Source: Octopus sinensis (taxonomy: Eukaryota). Taken from it: a stretch of DNA of 64,000 nucleotides. A program made the position numbers and the translations under genes. The notes beneath the pieces were generated by a model. That model was not told the origin of the DNA. It worked only from the letters and a program-made list of their open reading frames with translations, and ran no database searches. The stretch spans positions 1,860,001 to 1,924,000 of the forward strand of contig NC_043016.1 in the NCBI RefSeq assembly GCF_006345805.1, given 5' to 3'. Position 1 is the first letter of the stretch. Every line of letters begins with the position of its first letter. Below are positions 39,790 through 51,105 of this stretch, one piece after another.

Positions 39790-40700
39790 AGTTGGTGATT
39801 AAAACTGGATAAGGTGAAAAAGACAAAAATAAAATTCAAACAGAATATATTCATTGCCTGGTTAATTGGGAAAAGTCACTAATGATGGATGTAGAACAAA
39901 ACCTTGGGTTTGGTTGAAAAAAGGACAATTGAGAAAAGAAACAGAGAGCCTTGTTATAGCAGCTCAACAACAAGCGCTGCAAAGAAACAGATTGAAATAT
40001 GCATGGTGAGAAGGTGCCAACAAAATGTACAGTGTGTGGGGACTGGGATAAAACAATGGAACACATTGTTACAGAATACCCCAAGTTGGACCAGGGAGAA
40101 TATAAGAAATGAAGACGTCATCAAGTTGTGAAAGATTTACCCTGGATGCTTTGTCAACAATGGGGGTTGAATTAGGAAGTACATGGTACAATCATCGGGT
40201 AGGAAGAGTACTTGAGTCGTAAACAAGCAGGAATTTGTGGCGTTTTCTCATTTAAACGGAGAAGTAGACAGAACATAACAAGCTAGATATAACAATATGT
40301 ATACTAACTGACTCGTCATGTCCACTTGATGTAGGGATTTCAAAATCCCTACATCAAGTGGACATGACGAGTCAGTTAGTATACATATTGTTATATCTAG
40401 CTTGAAAAATTGATAAAAATACAACACCTTAAAATTTGGGATTGCGAAATTTAGAATATGAAATCTGTAAAGGTTGTACCAGTAATAATTGATGCATTAA
40501 GGACTGTGAGTGATGACAGACAAATGGTTAAAGTTGATTGGAATGGAATGTCCTGTATAGCTTCTACGGAAGGTTTCTCTCTTAGGAGCTTGAAGGATTA
40601 TTAAAATTCATGTGGATATTTAAGGTTACAGGTACTAACCTGCTGCCCACATTAATTTTACAGCAATAACATCAATCGTGAGCCAAGGCAATAAAAAATA
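39790..40700 (+). mobile_element. Decayed R4/Dong-like LINE 3' part
   Basis: WLKKGQLRKETESLVIAAQQQAL, KCTVCG..EHIVTE.P, KVVPVII in broken frames. Confidence 0.7.
40279..40404. repeat. Perfect palindrome, 62-bp arms, 2-nt loop
   Basis: caagctagat...gtagggattt-ca-aaatccctac...atctagcttg. Confidence 0.97.
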
Positions 40701-42120
40701 ATAATGTAAAAAAAAAAAACAGAAAAAAAGCATAGTATACAAACTTTATGAGAAATAGAAATGATATTGTTACTGTTTAGATTAGAGGCATTTCCAATGT
40801 CTAACTCACACAAGCGCTTTCATCTTTCGTTCTACCGCTATCGCTTTTTCTCCGAACCGGCTAGTTCCAGGCCACCACTAAGCATCCTCGCCTCAAGTAA
40901 TTCTCCTGTCGTAATCCACATTGTGTCCAAGCTTTACACACGCACTAACCCCTATACCCATTCCTTCTTCCACCAGAATATTGAACCTCTGGATCTGCCT
41001 GAAGTTATGTAAATGCTGCAGGTACTAACCTGCATCAAACACCTTTAACGGAATCCATTTTAATCGGTCTTAGTGGGTTTGTGAAAGCAACCTATTACCA
41101 CAGATGACCATACTATGATTTTGGAAGTGGGGCATTGGGTCCCCGATTCCGCAAAAGTAAAAGAAAAAATATCACGCGATGGGCATGGATAGGTGGCATG
41201 ATGTCATGAATATAACGGAATGGCTAAAATCACCAAATTCCCTTTAGTTTCGGTGTTTAACATTTTACTCCCAAAGATCCCAATTTTCGAGATACGTCTT
41301 TTCTCAGAAATGGGACGGCACATTTCTGTAACACATATACGAGTTTGTTATTGTTTTCCCCCTCCCCACCAAGTAAGAAGTGGTTGAGTTGAGATATGAC
41401 CGAAAATGTTAAATCCTAGACAATTTCGTCTCATTTTCAAACAAAGTGTATCTTTCCATTTTCAGTTCATAGGTTGGGATATGAGCAAGGTTTGAAGGAT
41501 CTTGCTCCTATTTATAACAAGTAGAGAGGTTGCTTAGAGACATCTCACATTCTCTCGAGTGGTTCCGGTGTTTTGGAATAATTGTTAGCAATCCAGATTA
41601 TCAATACAGTGTTGAAAGTTAGGACATACGGGATTTTAGGAGTTGTCATAAAAGCCATTTTGGGGTCTAATTTTACAGCAAGACTAAAAATTTACAAATT
41701 TGAATCCGCATATTTATTTATTTATTCATTCATTCATTCATTCATTCATTTAATCATTCATTTATTATCTACTTTCGTGATTTGTCACTGGAATTGTCTT
41801 GTACAAGACCAAGCTTTTTAGAAGTGATTCAATATTTATTAACTCCCCTAAGTTAATAAGAAGATCTGCCAGAAATATTTGCTTTGAATGTTTTTTTAAA
41901 GATTATATTTGATACATTCGACAACGACCTTTCACAGAAGAAATGCGTGAAGAAAGAAAATAAGACAACGAAAAAGGAAGTTCTCATGGATGAAACACAT
42001 TTGGTTATAAGTTAAGGTCGACCTAGATCTTAGGAGCAACAACGAAACTACATGAGCAATAGTGAACAACAAGTAAAGCATATATACTGGTGAGCCATGA
42101 AAAAAATGTCAGATTCCATA

Positions 42121-42339
42121 CATGAGGGAGTGATGAAAAGTTACTTGTTTTGCGTAAAAGAAAATACAGGAGGATCACTTAATTATGATTTTATGCAACA
42201 TATTCCCCTCTTAGATTCACACACTTATTGCAGCGGTCCTTCAGTTTTTGAAAACCCTGTAACAAGACTCGGAAGGTTGGGCCTCCAACCAGGCCTTTCA
42301 CGATAGACTTAAAGCCGATAACTCTTCAGCACCTCCTCC
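42121..42339. mobile_element. Mariner-type MITE
   Basis: TA|catgagggagtgatgaaaagtt ... aactcttcagcacctcctcc|TA; a second copy lies inverted at 48748-48952. Confidence 0.7.
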
Positions 42340-42796
42340 TATAAGTATAATGTGTATAATAAAACAATTAAATAGAAGTATATAAAAAAAATCTGGTCGT
42401 TTAACGTGGTTGACACTTCTCACCTGAACTGTTTTATTGTACATTATAGCAATAAAAGTATCATTTTACATTGCGAGGCTTTAACAACAGTTAAAGGAAG
42501 GTCTAGCAAGGGAATAAACAGATGTTATTGCCAGGAATGGGACATATGCCAATCCCAAGGCACTGTCTTTGGTTACGCTAAATAGAAGTAAATTATGTAA
42601 ACATTTCTGAGACTCTGAAAATAAAATAAAATAAAAGCAAAAGTTTTATTGTTATTTTATTTTTGTTCATAGTAAAGCTAAGTTGATATAAAACAAACAC
42701 TGTTGCTGTTGGTGTCCCCTAACTTCCGGTCAGGCCTCAAAAGTCTCCTTCCATGTACAATACAAGTATTTTTTCGGGTATAGTGTACTAGCACTA

Positions 42797-44060
42797 CATA
42801 CCTACCTACCTACCTACCTACCTACCTACCTAAGTACGAATGTACGTACGTAGTACCTACCTACCAACCTACATACCTACAAACCTACCTAAATACATAC
42901 ATACCTACCTACCAACCTACCTATATACCTACCTACATACCTACATACATACCTAGCTACCTACCTACCTAAATACCTACCTGCATACCTACCAACCTAC
43001 CTACCTATCTACCTACCTACCTACCTATTTACCTACCTACCTACATAACTACCTACCTACCTATATACCTACCTACATACCTACCTACATACCTACCTAT
43101 ATACCTACCTACATACCTACGTACCTACATACCTACCTACCTACCTACCAACCTACCTATATATCTACCTACATACCTACCTACCTACCTACCTATATAC
43201 CTACCTATATACCTACCTACCTAGATACCTACCTACATACGTACCTACCTACATACCTAACTACCTACATACCAACCTACCTACCAACCTACCTACCCAT
43301 ATATCTCCCTAGTTATATACCTACCTACCTACATACCTACCTACCTACCTACCTACCTACCTACTTACCTACCTGCCTACCTACCAACCTACCTAGCTAC
43401 CTACTTACCTACATTTCTACATTCCTACCTACCTACCTAGCTACCTACCTACCTACCTACCTACCAACCTACATACCTACATACCTACCTACCTACCTAT
43501 ATACCTACCTACATACCTACCTACATACCTACCTACCTATATACCTACCTACATACCTACCTACCTACCTACCTACATACCTACCTACATACCTACCTAC
43601 CTACCAACACACTACTACCTACCTACCTACATACATACATACCTACATACCTACCTACTACCTACCTACCTACCTACATACCTACCTACCTACATACATA
43701 CCTACCTACCTACCAACCTACCTACCTACCTACCTACCTACCTACCTACATACCTACCTACCTACCTACCTACCTACCACCTACCTACCTACATACCTAC
43801 CTACATACCTACCTACCTACCAACACACTACCTACCTACCTACCTACTACATACATACCTACATACCTACCTACCTACCTACCTACCTACCTACATACCT
43901 ACCTACCTACATACATACCTACCTACCTACCAACCTACCTACCCTACCTACCTACCTACCTACATACCTACCTACCTACCTACCTACCTACCAACCTACC
44001 TACCTACCTACCTACCTACCTACCTACCTACATACCTACCTACCAACCTACCTGCCTACT
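42797..44060. repeat. ~1.27-kb degenerate (CTAC)/(ATAC)n tetranucleotide array
   Basis: Direct. Confidence 0.95.
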
Positions 44061-44195
44061 TAATTGCAGACATACCTGCTTATCTATCAATCTACCTTTT
44101 AATTATTTAACTACTTGCTTATCTTACAATCGAGGCGATCCCATTTACACCAAAAAACCTATACCCCTAGCTGTGCACCTTCATATGTATGCGTA

Positions 44196-44405
44196 TATAT
44201 CTATATATATAAATATCAGTAAATGTGATGACAAAAGACAAAAGAATAAACGATTATCATATGAACTTCCCTAGCTTGCAGCTGTTTCTGCTATAGTATG
44301 CGGTGGACTCATAGTTGAGTACATTATAGCTTCCATGGAGTTTCGAATATGAATGTCATCGCATTTACTCATAACCGCTCTGTGAGCGACTAAAGCTTCG
44401 TAGTA
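44196..44405 (+). mobile_element. Possible short non-autonomous Helitron
   Basis: tctatatatataaa 5' end, cgctc-tgt-gagcg hairpin, cgtag|t end. Confidence 0.35.
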
Positions 44406-44498
44406 GTAGAAGAGCATATGTATACTGTGTTCTATATCAGGTTATTAGACTTGCAAGCCTAAGTGAAAATTAAAACATATGAGCATATATATATATAT

Positions 44499-44557
<59 letters not shown>

Positions 44558-44629
44558 GTATAGGTAAAAACAGTATGAAAACAAAAGAAAGAGAGACCTC
44601 AATATTATGTCAATAGAAGAAAATTTATC

Positions 44630-44869
44630 TATAAAATAATATGTTACATTTACTCAATTGTCAAGAAAAAACCTCTGAGTTTCAGATGCCGAAGTGGAAA
44701 TCCACAACACACCTCTCTTCGGTTATCTGGCCATCTGAAAAAACGCTATCTGATAGCGTTTTTCAGATGGCCAGATAACCGAACAGATGGTGTTGTGGAT
44801 TTCCACTTCGGCATCTGAAACTCAGAGTTTTATCTTGACAATTGAGTAAATCTAACATATTATTTTATA
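44630..44869. repeat. Imperfect palindrome, ~120-bp arms, 1-nt loop
   Basis: Centre aaacgctatc-t-gatagcgttt; a single-arm homologue lies at ~57095-57270. Confidence 0.9.
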
Positions 44870-44880
44870 TATATATATAT

Positions 44881-45300
44881 ATGTTATGTTTCGGAATGGT
44901 CATATTGCCAGTTCAGCCAATAAAAACACACGCACTATATATTTGGTGTTATTTTGCTTCAGCGTTATTTATTTTTTACATTAATCTTAATTTTATTTCG
45001 GCCAGAGTTCTTTCGTCAGACTCCTGTGACCGCATCAGTGGTCCTTTGTTTTCTTCTTTCTTATTTGTGTGTCTCTCCTTACTAACCGTTAGCCATTTTG
45101 TATTTCTATTGTATGTCTTCATTTGCGCATGCTTATATCTCTATGTGCGTCTATGTTTATTTAGTGTGTGTATGAGGGGGGATGCCTGTATTATTTGTAT
45201 CTTCTGTTTATATATGTTCATGTAAATTGTATTTTGCTTTTGTTGTTTTTGTTTATTCTTATTTTGTTCATGTGTTTACATCCACTTATTATATCATTAC

Positions 45301-45331
<31 letters not shown>

Positions 45332-45444
45332 TGTATGTATGTATGTATGTATGTATGTATGTATGTATGTATGTATGTATGTATGTATGTATGTATGTAT
45401 AACAACAATACTAGTAATAAATAATAAATCGAATCGAAAATTAT

Positions 45445-45487
<43 letters not shown>

Positions 45488-47361
45488 TATATATAATATA
45501 TATAATTAGTTATTTATTCTATTTGTTTATTTATCTGTGTGTATTATCATGTTTTCGGAATCCTCTATCGCCATATGTTGCGGTGTGTGCTAGTGCTCCA
45601 TTCTAGTTTTCTACTCAGGCTAGGTTTATTTTCTATTAGTGTGTAGCTTCTGTAATTGTGTGATTGTTGCATCTGTTCTATGTGTGGACAATATTTTAAT
45701 TTCTATATTGTTGATTGATCCCCCGTGTTCCTGTTCGGCGTGTTGGTACAGAATCGATGAGCTTTTACCTTCCTTGAGTTGTCTCCAATGTACATTTACC
45801 CGCTCTCCTATGCTTCTTGCCGTTTCCCCTACGTATGTCGTTGTCTTGTTACTGTATCGTCCCTCTATACATCTTATACTATAGACTACATTTCTGGCTT
45901 TACAGCTTGTTTGTGGGCTAAATCTACATACAGTACAGTACTTATCCGTACAGGGGGGTTCTACTAAAAGGATAGGTTCTACCAATTATAGATTTGATAG
46001 GGTTGCCTGGCTTTTCAACAACCTTAATTCTTAGCTTAAGGTTTCTAGGGTCCTTCTAAAGCGGTACGCCATTTAACCTCCAGGGGTGGTTTCAACGAAC
46101 ATGACACTCTGGTATTTATGGCTATCATACCAAGAGTTGGCCTTCGCTATTTTCTTTTTTGTCCTTTCTATAGTGTTCCATGACTTGTTCCTATAGAGTG
46201 GGCAAATCCCATTCTTATCATTACATAATATATTATCAAATTTCTTCATGGCTCCTTTGTATACTCTGATCATTTCCTTATGGCTGTAACCTGAGAATTG
46301 CATGCGGAGAATGAAATATTGTGTATGTCTCTTTAACTCTGTGGGCTCGCACATGCGTGACACATTTCTCATTATTCTGACGAGGTCTGCCATTAAAATA
46401 TTGAATTTGGCATTGTCCGCAATGACTGAGTTCCGGTGGATCAAGTATTTTGAGGCCATAGGTTTGGCATAGTATGAATGAAGGATTTGGTTTTATTATT
46501 CACAATTCTAGCCAGAGTTCAGTGTCTAGTACTGGTAGTCTATGGTTGGGGTGTTTAGTGGGGTAGTCTATTGTGACCTTAATACTCTGGTGGATGGAGT
46601 TAGCTATTTGCTGGATGCTCTCCATAGTATTAGTTTCTATTACTATATCAACATTACTCTCTTGTGGGGGTGCCTTTACCACTATGTTGATATCATCAAC
46701 ATAGCGAGAGTACATGTTTACGAGTATGGAGTTCTGTGTTAGGCGTTCTTTAGAGGATCCCGAAAACATAATAAATACACAGATAAATAAACAAATAGAA
46801 ATAAATAACTATATATTTTTTATATATAACTATATAACTATATATATTTTTTTCCATTCGATTTATTATTATTATTACTAGTATTGTTGTTATACATACA
46901 TACATACATACATACATACATACATACATACATACATACAAACATATGTAATGATAATAATAAGTGGATGTAAACACATGAACAAAATACGAATAAACAA
47001 AACAACAAAAACAAAATACAAATTATATGAACATATATAAACAGAAGATACAAAATTACAGGCATCCCCCCTCATACACACACTAAATAAACTTAGATGC
47101 ACATAGATATATAAGCATGCGCAAATGAAGACATACAATAGAAATACAAAATGGCTGACGGTTACTAAGGAGAGACACAAATAAGAAAGAAGAAAACAAA
47201 GGACCACTGATGCGGTCACAGGAGTGTGACGAAAGAACTCTGGCCGAAATAAAATTAAGATTAATGTAAAAATGAATAACACTGAAGCAAAATAACACCA
47301 AATATATAGTGCGTGTGTTTTTATTGGCTAAACTGGCAATATGACCATTCCGATATATAAC
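44881..47361 (-). mobile_element. Penelope-like element: RT/GIY-YIG fragment flanked by inverted pseudo-LTR-like repeats
   Basis: Minus ORFs 46500-46769 (YSRYVDDINI..RLPVLD), 46073-46459 and 45626-45985 (CTDKYCTVC..VVYSIRC..YVGETAR..ERVNVH); 44881-45566 is the reverse complement of 46751-47361. Confidence 0.88.
47201..47245 (+). ncRNA. Minimal type-I hammerhead-like motif (variant core); second copy at 45000-45044 (-)
   Basis: GGACCA-CUGAUGC-G-GUCAC(AGGAGU)GUGAC-GAAA-G(AA)C-UC-UGGCC. Core deviates (A9 to C, one extra G); activity unproven. Confidence 0.45.
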
Positions 47362-47409
47362 AATATCAACACACGACTTCACATAAAAAATCTTGCACAA
47401 CAAATATTT

Positions 47410-47441
<32 letters not shown>

Positions 47442-47589
47442 AATATATGTATTTACATACACACAAACACACACACACACATACATATACATATGTAAGG
47501 ACACATATATCACAAAAACCCATATATCTCAGACACCCTCAGACATGCAAACGTACATAACTCGATTTATATTTATGTGTGCGTGTGTG

Positions 47590-47620
<31 letters not shown>

Positions 47621-47782
47621 GGCGCAGGAGTGGCTGTGTTGTAAGTAGCTTGTTACCAACCACATGGTTCCGGGTTCAGTCCCACTCCTTTGCACCTTGG
47701 GCAAGTTTCTTCTACTATAGCCTCGGGCCGACCAAAGCCTTGTGAGTGGATTTGGTAGATGGAAACTGAAAGAAGCCCGTCG
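47621..47782 (+). mobile_element. SINE family A head, best-preserved copy
   Basis: A-box-like tggctgtgttgt, B-box-like ggttcagtccc, CORE-like ccttgggcaagt, ends gaaagaagcccgtcg-(ta)n. Confidence 0.88.
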
Positions 47783-47790
47783 TATATATG

Positions 47791-47860
<70 letters not shown>

Positions 47861-48747
47861 TAATATATATATATGTACATATACATATATACATATATAT
47901 ATGTATCTGCATATATATATATATATATTTATATATAAATGAAATTTCCACACAGGAACACGGGGTTTTGCCCTTGGTATGTAGCTTCAACCGTGTTTTC
48001 TGACGTGAATTTGCTACCCAGGTATCGATTAACCGAATTATCCATACTAGGATAATTCATTCACCTACTCATATATATATATGTATGTATGTATATATTA
48101 ATTAAGAATTAAAATCAAAATAGGGGTGAAAAATTTTATGTTAATTTAATGATATCAGTTTAACACCAATGGTTTAGCGCATAAAAAACTAGGATTCAGT
48201 AAATATTATTTATACATATATGAGAGGGAGTGGATTCCTTCTCATATATGTATGTATATATATATATATATATATATATAAAACCTTTCGCATTACCCTT
48301 AAAACCAATAAATTTTCAGCACCCTTTCGTGTGAATGTTAATATATTCTAAACAAAGCTGTCCCATAAGGGGGAAGGTGAAACTCTGAGTAATAGTTTTT
48401 GTCATGTCTTTACAGCTTTAGTAATTAAGCATATTACTCTACCTCCAGTATTCGAGTACTATTTTTTCCACCTTGTTTCATTATGTGCTCACCCAGGTAT
48501 ATATATATATATATAAGAAAAGAGGCGGGGGTCCAAGTGGGAAAAAAATATAGGCAAATTTCTTGTTGAAAATGCACATAAATTTGAAAATCTTGTAATT
48601 ATTTAAAATAAATTGAGTTACATATATACCAACTAGTTTCAACAAAACTGTTTATCACTGGTAAAAATCTAAAATTATGAATTAGAAAAACATCTCAACA
48701 GCAAATTTACCTATGTATATATATATATATATATATAAATGTATAAA

Positions 48748-48952
48748 CACGACGGATTGCTGAAAAGTTCTTGGGTGTCGTGTAAGGCCTGGTTGGAGAT
48801 CCAACCATCGGAGTTCTTTTAAAGGGCTTTGCAAAACTGAAAAACCGCTGCAGTAATTCTGTGAGTCTGAGAACATATGTTAAATAAAATCCTAATTAAC
48901 TGATCCTCCTGTACTTTCTTCTACCCCAAGCCAGGAACTTTTTCAGCACTTC
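48748..48952. mobile_element. Mariner-type MITE, inverted copy of 42121-42339
   Basis: gctgaaaagttc ... ggaactttttcagcac; internal tgatcctcctgta and ggcctggttgga shared. Confidence 0.7.
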
Positions 48953-48964
48953 ATATATATATAT

Positions 48965-49250
48965 ATTTTATTCTTTCTGTCATTTGACTGCGGCCATGCT
49001 GGTGCACCGCATTGAAGAACTTTCAGTCGAATATATCGAACTCAATCCTTATTTTCGTCCTTTTTAAGAACCTGGTGCTTATTCTATCGGTCTCTTTTGA
49101 CGTAAACACACCAGAACCGGTTGTCAAGCGCTGGGTGAAGACAAACACGCACGCACACACACAACACACACACACACGCATACACACGCACACACATGTA
49201 TACGCTGGCCTTTTTCATTTTCCGTCTACCAAATCCACTCATAAGGCTTA
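48965..49250 (-). mobile_element. SINE family A tail + CA repeat + partial head
   Basis: catttgactgcggccatgctgg..ggttgtcaagcg..acaaacac, then ccgtctaccaaatccactcataaggc. Confidence 0.75.
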
Positions 49251-49499
49251 TATATATATATATAATATATATATATTATATATATAATATATATATATAT
49301 ATATATTATGTATATGTATATATATATGTGTATATGTGTGTATATATATGTATATGTATGTATGTATATATGTATGTATGTATGTATATATGTATGTATG
49401 TATATAAGCATGTATGTATTTATTTGCACATGTATGCTTTCTTTTTCTCTTCGTAGACTTAATTTGGGCTGGCCACCCGCTTGGTGACAAGGCTGTGAA

Positions 49500-49840
49500 G
49501 GAAAACATCGTGTTTTGTTCATCATCAGTTCCGGATATCGAGATTATTTGTAGTTTATGGATTAAACATTTGTGTTCCCCTTCAAGAACTCAAACTCGGC
49601 CATACTTTGCTCCAGACGGGTTAGTATGTGTCCTGTTGCTCCCAAAATAATAGGTATGAAGCTGAAAATGTATCTTGGGTACTGGATTTGTTACATTCTT
49701 ATCAATGGTCCACAGATGTCCTCCTGTATTTTTCTAACCATATTGAAAAAGGACTGCTGATTTTCATAATAGAACAGATGTTTCGTTTGTAGTCTCAGTC
49801 AACGATATCTGGGCGTTATTTTTTGAATTTGGTGACTGAA
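49500..49840 (-). mobile_element. Decayed RLE-type LINE C-terminus (CRE/R4-like)
   Basis: Minus strand EDICGPLIRM*QIQYPRYIFSFIPIILGATGH..LIHKLQIISISGT. Confidence 0.45.
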
Positions 49841-49919
49841 TTAATTTTTAAGTTCCACCATTGGTCGTGATATTGTCAACTTTGTTCTGTCTATTTATGA
49901 ATGTGTGCTTATAAGTATT

Positions 49920-49972
<53 letters not shown>

Positions 49973-50089
49973 GTGTGTGTGTGTGCGTGCGTGCGTGTGT
50001 GCGTGTGTGTGAGTGTGTAAGTAAATATGTATGTAAGTCCGTATACATACATACGCATGTATGTATATAATCATATACATTCAAGGATG

Positions 50090-50740
50090 CCAAAACAACT
50101 CTTTTATGGAGAGTTAGCTAAAAGACAACGACCTCCACATAACCAAAACAGAGGTATAAGGACTTGCTGAAGGCTTCCTTAAGATATGCTTGCATCTCTC
50201 CTGACACATGTGTGGGCATAGCTATTGAACGTAGCGGTGGAGAAGGATTGCGCATGAGGGGACAGCCACGTTTGAGAAATCTCGAGTTGCACATGAGAAA
50301 GTAAGGAGGGATGTGAGGAAGGGCATCGCTGTTACACTTCCTGAAGAGAAGGGTCTTCCTTTGATGCTGACATGCAATATCTGTGCAAGACCCTGCCTCA
50401 GTAAAGCTGGACTCAAGAGTCATCTTCGTAGTCATAAAACGAGACGGATGAGTGACAACCTGGCCACTGGTAGTGGTGTAACACACCATACTAATCATAT
50501 CTGTCGGGCATGTGGAAGAGAGTGTAATTCGGTAGGAGGTCTTAAACGACATGCAAAGGTACATGAAGCCCAGTTACAACTACAGCCGGCTATTACCAGT
50601 AAATGTTTTGGTTGCCAATTTTGTACAAGACATTGAAGATCTTTAGCTGGGCTAAAAAGTCACATTCGATCACAGCACCAGTAACAGTTAAGCTTCGTGC
50701 AATGGTCATACTCGATAAGGAGGAGGCAGCCATAATAAGG
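50090..50740 (+). mobile_element. RTE-clade LINE 3' fragment with C2H2 fingers
   Basis: KQLFYGEL.., CNICARPCLSKAGLKSHLRSH, CRACGRECNSVGGLKRHAKVH, CQFC..SLAGLKSHIRSQH. Confidence 0.7.
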
Positions 50741-51028
50741 TATGTATATATATATATACATACTTCTATAGATATGTACGTATATATGTAAGTCAATGCA
50801 TGTAAGTGGATGTATTATGAGTGGATTTATGTATGTAGGAATGTGTATATGTATGATCTCTATGCATATGAATGTATATACATGTAAAAGTATGTGTATA
50901 TATGAACATTCAGATTATTGTTAATATCTCACAAACAAAGAAAGTTTCCATGACAGGACAAAGGCCATTTCTATTTAGATATCAAATATAGAGACATGTA
51001 TTTGGGCTACCGAAGTATTCTTTTCCGT

Positions 51029-51030
51029 GC

Positions 51031-51104
<74 letters not shown>
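51029..51104. repeat. (CTAT)n tract 5' of Tx1 copy 4
   Basis: Direct. Confidence 0.95.

Positions 51105-51105
<1 letters not shown>

Noticed and set aside
47621-47700. tRNA gene
   Set aside because: A/B-box-like head continues into the SINE body; no full cloverleaf; multiple diverged copies.
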